Notes under the pieces: generated by a model | Database searches by the model: none | What the model was told of the DNA's origin: nothing | Seen by the model: only the letters and a program-made list of their open reading frames with translations | Program-made: the position numbers and the translations under genes | DNA from: a bacterium | GTDB lineage: Bacteria; Patescibacteriota; Minisyncoccia; Minisyncoccales; PWPS01 | Direction: 5' to 3' | DNA: 40,732 nt | Assembly (NCBI GenBank): GCA_018400895.1 | Contig: JAGYLR010000002.1 | Coordinates: forward strand, 1 to 40,732 | In this document: in pieces, positions 1 to 6,948 of the stretch | Layout of the letters: each line of letters opens with the position of its first letter | Numbering within the stretch: the stretch's first letter is position 1

Positions 1-716
1 AACTTAATTTTACTCTTTTCAAATAACTCTTCTAAGAGTATATCTTCTGCATTCATTATCTCTTCTGATGTTATGGAAGAAACTTCTTTTAGAAGACCAT
101 CTTGTGTTATAGTAAAAGACTCTCCAAAAAATCTACTATAAGCTGCTGTGCCCTGTAGTGCAGGAAGAGAAAATCTAGAAGAAGAAGATATATTGTACTC
201 TTCTCCTGCTTCTGCTGCAACTACTTCCACAGATACACATCCAGGGACAATTCTATCATCCTGATAGCTTCTTCCTGGAATAAGTATACGATCAGGAGAG
301 ATAAACAATTTACCATCTCCAGAAACAAAACGGGTTCCAGCAACAAGTGACTGTGAGGTATCGCTGTACTCTTGACAAACATTTATCAATCCTCTTGCCT
401 TTTCTTCAATTAGTGCTCTACCTTTTACAATAAACTCTCTCTGCCCTTCTATAATTTCTTCAAATACATCAACGGTAACCTCTTCATATTCTCCATCAAC
501 ATGAACAAATATTGTTTTTGAATCAGTAAACTGTTCTGTATGAGGATATATCTTAACTTCTACTCTGTAAGACCTTACATAAAGAAAACTAAAAGATAAT
601 AATACAATCATAAACAAAACAAGAACCCATTTTTTAGATTTCTTTTTTTTCTGTACTACTACCTCCTCGTCTCTTTTTTTACTAGGAGGGATTATATCTA
701 TTACTCTTTCAGACAT
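1..716 (-). CDS. hypothetical membrane-anchored protein; 3' end lies beyond the left window edge
   Basis: Frame is open from the ATG at 716-714 to base 1 with no stop. It is absent from the ORF track because it is open-ended. Translation MSERVIDIIPPSKKRDEE..KKSKKWVLVLFMIVLLSFSFLYV gives a basic N-terminus plus one TM helix. A beta-rich part follows (TRFVSGDGKLF..PGCVSVEVVAAEAGEEYNI), faintly reminiscent of baseplate-J/gp47-like domains (from memory, weak). Confidence 0.6.
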   Translation of the reverse strand, partial: MSERVIDIIPPSKKRDEEVVVQKKKKSKKWVLVLFMIVLLSFSFLYVRSYRVEVKIYPHTEQFTDSKTIFVHVDGEYEEVTVDVFEEIIEGQREFIVKGRALIEEKARGLINVCQEYSDTSQSLVAGTRFVSGDGKLFISPDRILIPGRSYQDDRIVPGCVSVEVVAAEAGEEYNISSSSRFSLPALQGTAAYSRFFGESFTITQDGLLKEVSSITSEEIMNAEDILLEELFEKSKIK

Positions 717-751
717 AGAAGTTATTCTACCTTATTTTTGTAAAAAATCAA

Positions 752-2515
752 TTAATAAAGTGTTGCTTTTATGCGCCTTACACCAGCAGAAGATGATTCT
801 TCTTTTAAGATTTTAAATTTCCCTAATTCTGAAGTATTACTAACATGGGGACCTCCACAAACTTCTTTAGAAAAGTTTCCAACAGAATAAACTGTAACAG
901 TATCTGGATAAACATCTTTAAAAAAAGCTAGTGCACCTAAATTTACCGCCTGTTGATAATTCATCTCCTCTTTTACTACATCAATTCCTTCATCTATATT
1001 TTGATTAACAATATTTTCTACATCTTCTATCTGTTTCTTTGTCATTTTCTCTCCATAAGAAAAATCGAAACGAAGTCTATCTTTATTTATATCAGACCCC
1101 ATCTGTCTTACTTCATCCCCTAAAACATTGCGCAATGCTTGATGTAAAAGATGAGTTGCTGTATGAAACATAACCTCTTTTCCTTCTGCTCCTTTTCTTA
1201 AACCTCCAAACTTTTCCTCTGACCCTTTTCTAGAAACTTGTTGATGTTTTTTAAATTCTTTATTAAACGCTTCTCTAATATCTTTTGTATCAGTAATTCC
1301 TATTTCTTCTAAAGACATATCAAGAGGAAATCCGTAGCTCTGATAAATAAAAAATAACTGCTTACCTAATTCATCGCTAGATGCATCTTTAGAAATTTTA
1401 TTAAGCTTTTCTATTCCCTCTCGTAAAGTTTTTTGAAAACTTTCTTCTTCTTTATTTATAATAGAAAAAATTTTGTCTTTATTTATTTCTGGGTACCATT
1501 GTGAATATTTTTTTATTATCTCCTGTAATGGATCATCAAAAGAATTAAGAAGTATTTCTTTTCTAAATCTTATTGCTCTTCTTATAATTCTTCTTAAAAT
1601 ATATCCTTCTTCTTTCTTGCCAGGAACTACTCCATCAGTAATAAGAAAAACTGCTCCACGTAGGTGATCGGCTATTATACGGAAAGCTCTTTTGTTTTCT
1701 TCATAAGAAATACTCTTCTCCATACTTTTTATAACTGGCATAAATAAATCTGTCTCATAAGCTGAATCTTTGTCTTGTAAAAGTGCCAATAATCTCTCAA
1801 ACCCTATTCCTGTATCAACATTTCTTTGTGGAAGTTTGGTAAAAGAACCATCCTCATTTTTGTTGTACTCCATAAATACCAAATTCCATAATTCAACAAA
1901 ACGCTTACACTTATCACAATTTGGTCCACAACCCATTTTACATCCGTACTTTTCTCCACGATCATAGTGTATCTCTGAACAAGGACCACAAGGACCGGTA
2001 GTTGCTGTTGGGCCCCAAAAATTATCTTCTTCTCCAAATTCACTTATCCTTTCTTGGGAAATTCCTTTTTTAAGCCATATAGACATTGACTCACTATCTG
2101 CGGGTATGTCTTTATTCCCTTTAAATACAGTAACGTAGAGCTTTTCTAGAGGCAAACCTATCTCATTTACAAAAAAATCAAGCGCAGAATCCACAGCCCC
2201 TTGTTTAAAATATCCTTCTTTATTCTCTCCAATAGACCAATTTCCAAACATTTCAAAAAAGGTATGATGAGTATCATCACCTATCTCTTCTATGTCAGCA
2301 CTACGAAAACACTTCTGAATTGATACAAGGTGTATTGACCCAAATTTCTGTTTAACATCTTTTTCTCCAGATAAAAAAGGAACAAACTGTTGCATTCCCG
2401 CTGAAGTAAGTAGAACTGTTTCATCATCAGGAATAAGTGAACTTGAGGGCACTAATTTGTGTCCTCTTTTTTCAAAAAAATATTTAAATTTTTCTTTTAA
2501 CTCTTCCGAGAGCAT
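752..2515 (-). CDS. alaS: alanine--tRNA ligase, short form (catalytic + tRNA-recognition + editing core, no C-Ala domain)
   Basis: 587 aa. N-terminus FFEKRGHKLVPSSSLIP..TVLLTSAGMQQF is typical of AlaRS. Editing-domain zinc motifs HTATHLLH and CGGPHV are present. The protein stops about 25 aa after CGGPHV. Confidence 0.9.
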   Translation of the reverse strand: MLSEELKEKFKYFFEKRGHKLVPSSSLIPDDETVLLTSAGMQQFVPFLSGEKDVKQKFGSIHLVSIQKCFRSADIEEIGDDTHHTFFEMFGNWSIGENKEGYFKQGAVDSALDFFVNEIGLPLEKLYVTVFKGNKDIPADSESMSIWLKKGISQERISEFGEEDNFWGPTATTGPCGPCSEIHYDRGEKYGCKMGCGPNCDKCKRFVELWNLVFMEYNKNEDGSFTKLPQRNVDTGIGFERLLALLQDKDSAYETDLFMPVIKSMEKSISYEENKRAFRIIADHLRGAVFLITDGVVPGKKEEGYILRRIIRRAIRFRKEILLNSFDDPLQEIIKKYSQWYPEINKDKIFSIINKEEESFQKTLREGIEKLNKISKDASSDELGKQLFFIYQSYGFPLDMSLEEIGITDTKDIREAFNKEFKKHQQVSRKGSEEKFGGLRKGAEGKEVMFHTATHLLHQALRNVLGDEVRQMGSDINKDRLRFDFSYGEKMTKKQIEDVENIVNQNIDEGIDVVKEEMNYQQAVNLGALAFFKDVYPDTVTVYSVGNFSKEVCGGPHVSNTSELGKFKILKEESSSAGVRRIKATLY

Positions 2516-3189
2516 AGTGCGTTTTCTATTATCTTATTAAACTCATTTGCATCAAGTGACGCTTTACCAACTAAAACTCCATCAAAACCAGCTTGTTTTG
2601 TATAAAAAGATACATTTTCTGAGTTAACACTTCCCCCATAAAGAACTAAACTTTTTTCTAACCCTTTTTCTTTTAATATATTTTTTATCAGCTCTCTTCT
2701 TTCATTGGCTACATCAATAGAACAAGGATTACCTGTGCCTATAGCAAAAATAGGCTCATAAGCAACTACTACATCTTTATTAATACCATTAAGTGCAATT
2801 TTTAACTGTCTTTCTATTTCTTCTCCTTTATTGCTTTTATTTATTTCTCCCACACATATTATTGGAGTAAGTTTAGCATCAATTGCCATTAACGCTTTTA
2901 TGTTTATTATATCATCAGTTTCTTTCATAATAACTCTTCTCTCTGAGTGACCTACTATAACATATTTACATCCAATACTATTTAACATAAAGGCAGAAAC
3001 CTCTCCAGTTAATGATCCCTCTTTTTTATTAGAACAATTTTGCCCACCTAAAACAAAATTTTTGCCCAAATACAAAAAAGGACAAGGAGGGCAAATTACC
3101 ACTTCTTCTTTTTGCGATATAGTAGAAAAAAGCTGTTTAGCTTCTTCTACTGATAACGGATTCATTTTCCAATTGGCTACTACTAACAT
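2497..3189 (-). CDS. tpiA: triosephosphate isomerase
   Basis: Motifs VANWKMN, VGHSERR and AYEPIFAIGTG. I prefer the ATG at 3189; the track start at 3204 is a TTG. Overlaps the alaS start by 19 nt. Confidence 0.9.
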   Translation of the reverse strand: MLVVANWKMNPLSVEEAKQLFSTISQKEEVVICPPCPFLYLGKNFVLGGQNCSNKKEGSLTGEVSAFMLNSIGCKYVIVGHSERRVIMKETDDIINIKALMAIDAKLTPIICVGEINKSNKGEEIERQLKIALNGINKDVVVAYEPIFAIGTGNPCSIDVANERRELIKNILKEKGLEKSLVLYGGSVNSENVSFYTKQAGFDGVLVGKASLDANEFNKIIENALCSRKS

Positions 3190-3204
3190 GATAATAAAAA
3201 TCAA

Positions 3205-3491
3205 AAATCAAATCTCAAAATGCGACACCAACAAATCCTAAATTCTAAATCCTAAATACTAAACAAATTATAAATATTAAATTCAAATGTTCAAAACGGA
3301 TTTCTGGATTCCCGCTTCCGCGGGAATGACAAGGGGGCGGGAATGACAAGGGGGCGGGAATGACAAGGGGGATAAAATCCCAAAGGTGACACCTCTGTCA
3401 TAAATTAAATTTAATGTCCAAGTGTTCAAGGTGCGACCTTGGTGAGTTTATATTCTGTCATTTGGAAATTTGGTCATTCATTGAAAATTAA
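3205..3491. repeat. mosaic GC-rich intergenic repeat cluster R1
   Basis: Contains module tgcgacaccaacaaatcctaaattc (3221-3246), the ATTCCC-N8-GGGAAT hairpin with three tandem 17-mers (3301-3371), module ttaatgtccaagtgttcaaggtgcgaccttggtga (3411-3445) and a gaaaatt-type tail. Each module recurs elsewhere in the window. Confidence 0.85.
3301..3371 (+). repeat. hairpin attcccgcttccgcgggaat followed by 3 tandem copies of cgggaatgacaaggggg
   Basis: Hairpin at 3308-3327 (6-bp outer arms ATTCCC/GGGAAT extended by GC/GC). The 17-nt unit sits at 3321-3337, 3338-3354 and 3355-3371, with the first unit starting inside the 3' arm of the hairpin. Confidence 0.9.
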
Positions 3492-4505
3492 TTATTGTTC
3501 TCTCAAATATTTTGCTGCCTCTTCTGGGCGAATAGTTGATATCTCCATTCTTGCTCCTAATTCAAATCCTGCCCAAACTGATGTTTTTGGTATTATCGTC
3601 CAGTGCCAATGATAATATCCATGATCCATTCCATCAGAAGGAGCACAGTGAAGATAAAAGTTATATGACGGATCTCCCAGTCCTTTGTAGAGTTTTGACA
3701 AAGCTACTTGAAAAGCATCACCCAAATAATCAAGATCTTCATCAGTGGCTTCTTCAAAATAAGCAAGGTGTTCTTTTGGAGAAATCACTACTTGAAAGGC
3801 AGCCTTTGATGCAAATGGACAAACAACAACAAACTTTTCATTTTCATAGACTATTCTCTCTCCTTTTTCAATTTCCCAGTGATTCATCTTACAGTAGATA
3901 CAATTTTCCTTATCTTTATGATAATCTTTAGTTTTTGATAAAGCTTTATCAAGATCAACATCTATAAGTGGTGTTGTAACTATTTGCGAATGAGGATGAG
4001 CTATTGAAGCACCAGCCTCTCTTCCATGATTGTGAAATATAGAGATATAATTCACAAATTCTTTTTGCAAAAGATCCCTATAACGCTGTCTATAAAGATA
4101 AAATACCTCCCTTACTTTATCTACTGGTAATTGACCAAGAGATTTTTCATGATCTCTAGTTATAATAACCTCATGGTACCCCACTGCATTCATTGTTTGA
4201 TATAGGCTATTTTCATACTTTCTATCTAATGTATCAGAAGGCATAAAAGCAGGATATTTATTTGGTATTGAAATTGCACTCCAAGATTCAGTTATCTCAG
4301 AAACTTGTTTCCCATCTTCAAAAATAACATTTACTTTTTCAAAATCTTTCCAATTACAAAAAGGACAATCATCTTTGTTTGATTTATTTTCTATTCTCTT
4401 TTCTTTTTTAAACTGATCTGGGCGCTTTGCTCTCCCAGAAGCAACTACCACCCAATCTCCTGAGGCAATATCGTAACGTAATTCTGATGGAAATTCTTCG
4501 CTCAT
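3492..4505 (-). CDS. galT: galactose-1-phosphate uridylyltransferase family (HIT-like) protein
   Basis: 337 aa. N-terminal zinc motif CPFC, active-site HPHSQI (His-x-His-x-Gln), and a duplicated half-barrel layout. Confidence 0.8.
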   Translation of the reverse strand: MSEEFPSELRYDIASGDWVVVASGRAKRPDQFKKEKRIENKSNKDDCPFCNWKDFEKVNVIFEDGKQVSEITESWSAISIPNKYPAFMPSDTLDRKYENSLYQTMNAVGYHEVIITRDHEKSLGQLPVDKVREVFYLYRQRYRDLLQKEFVNYISIFHNHGREAGASIAHPHSQIVTTPLIDVDLDKALSKTKDYHKDKENCIYCKMNHWEIEKGERIVYENEKFVVVCPFASKAAFQVVISPKEHLAYFEEATDEDLDYLGDAFQVALSKLYKGLGDPSYNFYLHCAPSDGMDHGYYHWHWTIIPKTSVWAGFELGARMEISTIRPEEAAKYLREQ

Positions 4506-4523
4506 AGTAAAATTATATATTAT

Positions 4524-5267
4524 TTACTCTGTAATTACCACATAACCACTCTCAGTAACTGCTATAGCATGCTCAAAGTGAGCAGAAAGTGATTTATCAG
4601 CAGTTTCTATCCCAAAATTATCTTCTGAAGTTTTTATTGCTGAAGATCCTAGAGAAGCCATCGGTTCTATACATATTACCATACCAGGAACTATCTTTTC
4701 TCCTGAACGACGCTTTGCTTTATTTAAAACTTGAGGATCTTCATGAAGTTCTCTTCCTATACCATGTCCACATAAACCCTCTACAACACTCATTCCACTC
4801 TTCTCAATATATCTTGATATAGTGTTCCCTATATCTCCAATTGTATTGCCCTGTTTAGTATTTTTAATCCCTCTTTTTAATGCCTTTTTAACGGTCCTTA
4901 TAAGACGTAATGCCTCTCCATCTACTTCTCCAATAGGAACTGTGGTAGCCATATCTGTATGAAACCCTTTATATTTCATTCCTATATCTAAAGATAATAT
5001 ATCTCCATTTTTTAATTTATATCCAGAGGGAACTTGATGGACTATAACCTCATTTACAGAAGTACATAATGCAGCAGGAAATCCTCCATAACCTTTAAAA
5101 GAAGGTTTTCCCCCTCTCTCTCTTATTAGTTTTTCTGCTAAAAAATTTAAGTCCTTGGTCTCCACTCCCTGAACTGCTTTTTCTTTTACTTCTTTTAAAA
5201 TTCCTGAAAGAATACTTCCTCCCTCTTTCATTAAATTTATCTCCGAACTAGTTTTGTATGTGATCAT
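4524..5267 (-). CDS. map: type I methionine aminopeptidase
   Basis: 247 aa. Metal-ligand context DIGMKYKGFHTDMATT, HGIGRELHEDP and VICIEPM. Sits in the canonical position after adk. Confidence 0.9.
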   Translation of the reverse strand: MITYKTSSEINLMKEGGSILSGILKEVKEKAVQGVETKDLNFLAEKLIRERGGKPSFKGYGGFPAALCTSVNEVIVHQVPSGYKLKNGDILSLDIGMKYKGFHTDMATTVPIGEVDGEALRLIRTVKKALKRGIKNTKQGNTIGDIGNTISRYIEKSGMSVVEGLCGHGIGRELHEDPQVLNKAKRRSGEKIVPGMVICIEPMASLGSSAIKTSEDNFGIETADKSLSAHFEHAIAVTESGYVVITE

Positions 5268-5811
5268 ATATAAGTTTCCAAACTTTTTTTACTGTTTTAT
5301 TACCATCTATTTTTATAAGAGCACCTTTTTTTTCAAAATAATCTACTACTGGCAATACTTCTAAATTAAACCATTGTAATCTATTTTCTATTTCTTCTTT
5401 TGAATCATAATCTCTCTTTCTTCTTAGCATGCGTTTATAAGATTCTTCTTCAGTTATATCTATATAAAAAACACGCCAACAATCTTTCCAATCTAACATC
5501 TCAAAAAGTTCTTCTAATAAGTGTGCCTCATATAATTTTCTTGGATTTCCGTCAAATATTAAACCTTTTTCAAGTGATTCTTTTGCTTTAATAATAAACG
5601 GTGTCCAAATAGAAACAACTATAGGTGTAGGATGAACTAACCCTTTTTCAAGAGCTTCACGTATCTTATTTCCTAAAACATCATTATCTTTTGCTTTTTC
5701 TCTAAGCATCTCCCCAGTTCTTATAACAGGAAAACCGGTCTGTTTTTCAAGAAACGATATTTGAGTACCTTTCCCAGCACAAGGACGTCCTATTACTGAT
5801 ATTATATCCAT
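5248..5811 (-). CDS. adenylate-kinase-family NMP kinase, short (lid-less) type
   Basis: 187 aa. P-loop GRPCAGKGTQ and NMP-binding FDGNPR. There is no lid insertion. Start is adjacent to (1-nt overlap with) the upstream adk stop codon. Confidence 0.75.
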   Translation of the reverse strand: MDIISVIGRPCAGKGTQISFLEKQTGFPVIRTGEMLREKAKDNDVLGNKIREALEKGLVHPTPIVVSIWTPFIIKAKESLEKGLIFDGNPRKLYEAHLLEELFEMLDWKDCWRVFYIDITEEESYKRMLRRKRDYDSKEEIENRLQWFNLEVLPVVDYFEKKGALIKIDGNKTVKKVWKLIYDHIQN

Positions 5812-6509
5812 TAGAATTCTTCCATTAAATTTAAAATACGTGAGAAGACCTCGGAAACACTTCCTCTTCCATTAATTTCTTTAACTTCTATTCCACTCTT
5901 TTTTAAATAATCTACAACAGGAAGTGAAAACTCCGCAAACTCTTTTAGGCGTATCTTTATTGTCTCTGGATTATCTAACTCTCTCTTTAATAACGGTGAA
6001 CCATCTAACGGACAAATTGTTAAATTTTCTGTTTCTGGATGTGAAATTATAGAGTGTCTCATTAAACTACAAACCCTACGATTACTATTACGCTGTAAAG
6101 ATTCTTCTTCAGTAACATTTATAACACAACAAAGAACATTAGATACTCCATAAGAACTTTTAATAAAGTCCATTAAATAAGTAATCTGTTCTACCGAACG
6201 TGGATATCCGTCTATTATTACACCCTTTCCTGTATTCCTTACTTGTTCTAATTTTTCTTTAATAACTTGTGCAACAAAACCATCATCACAAAGAAGACCG
6301 TCTTTCCATCTCTCTTTTTGTTTATCTAAAGAAAACTCCTCCCCTCCTATTTCAAGTATATCTCCTTTAGAACTGTTTTTAAATTTGTCTTGTATTGCTT
6401 TACTTGCCTCAAGATGAAACATACCTGTATGAGAAGCAAGTAATGATGCCTGAGTTCCTTTACCAGAGCCAGGAGCACCAAGAATAAGTATCAGTAAATT
6501 ATTATTCAT
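5811..6509 (-). CDS. adk: adenylate kinase (long type with lid)
   Basis: 232 aa. Motifs GAPGSGKGTQ and IDGYPR. Lid reads RRVCSLMRH..ICPLDGSPL (degenerate Cys4 pattern). Confidence 0.85.
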   Translation of the reverse strand: MNNNLLILILGAPGSGKGTQASLLASHTGMFHLEASKAIQDKFKNSSKGDILEIGGEEFSLDKQKERWKDGLLCDDGFVAQVIKEKLEQVRNTGKGVIIDGYPRSVEQITYLMDFIKSSYGVSNVLCCVINVTEEESLQRNSNRRVCSLMRHSIISHPETENLTICPLDGSPLLKRELDNPETIKIRLKEFAEFSLPVVDYLKKSGIEVKEINGRGSVSEVFSRILNLMEEF

Positions 6510-6560
6510 ACCTTTATAATAATCGCTAAAATAAATATGTCCACCCCGTTAGAAGGAATA

Positions 6561-6592
6561 CCCCATGTCCATACCCGGGTATGGACATGGGG
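6561..6592. repeat. perfect 32-bp palindrome ccccatgtccataccc|gggtatggacatgggg
   Basis: The two 16-nt arms are exact reverse complements, with a CCCGGG core. Member of the ATGTC...GACAT family. Confidence 0.95.
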
Positions 6593-6867
6593 GGTATAAA
6601 TATGTAATAGGGCAAGCCCTTTAAAAAATTGTCTATCAGTAGAGACAGACAAAATGCAAAAATAAGTTATAAAATTCAATAATTGATATGCGTTATTCGG
6701 CCCCATACCATACGATACGGGGCAGGCAGCGCCACGCGTATCGTTATGCGATGTGCGATGTGCGTTAAATTAAATTCTAAACTTCTTGAAAATTAGGAAA
6801 TTAGAAAATTCAATGAAAATTGAAAATTGAAAATTTTATATTCTGTGAATATAATTTAGTGTTGATT

Positions 6868-6940
6868 TTCTGGATTCCCGCTTTCGCGGGAATGACAAGG
6901 GGGACGGGAATGACAAGGGGGACGGGAATAACGGTGGGGA
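6868..6940 (+). repeat. hairpin attcccgctttcgcgggaat followed by tandem 18-mers cgggaatgacaaggggga
   Basis: Hairpin at 6874-6893. Units at 6887-6904 and 6905-6922, plus a degenerate third unit cgggaataacggtgggga at 6923-6940. The 33 nt ttctggattcccgctttcgcgggaatgacaagg are identical to the copy at 23089-23121. Confidence 0.9.
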
Positions 6941-6948
6941 GAGGTAAT

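Larger units (their letters stand above)
6510..6948. repeat. mosaic GC-rich intergenic repeat cluster R2 between secY remnant and adk
   Basis: Half-palindrome atgtccaccccg at 6537-6548. Perfect 32-bp palindrome at 6561-6592. Heptamer gcgatgt x2.4 at 6748-6764. Six gaaaatt units at 6788-6835, three of them tandem at 6815-6835. Hairpin plus 18-mers at 6868-6940. Confidence 0.85.

Noticed and set aside
3321-3371. CRISPR array hypothesis for the tandem 17-24-nt repeats (also 6887-6940, 23110-23145, 32115-32199)
   Set aside because: The units are directly abutting with no unique spacers, there are only 2-4 copies, the units are shorter than CRISPR repeats, and no cas genes are in the window.
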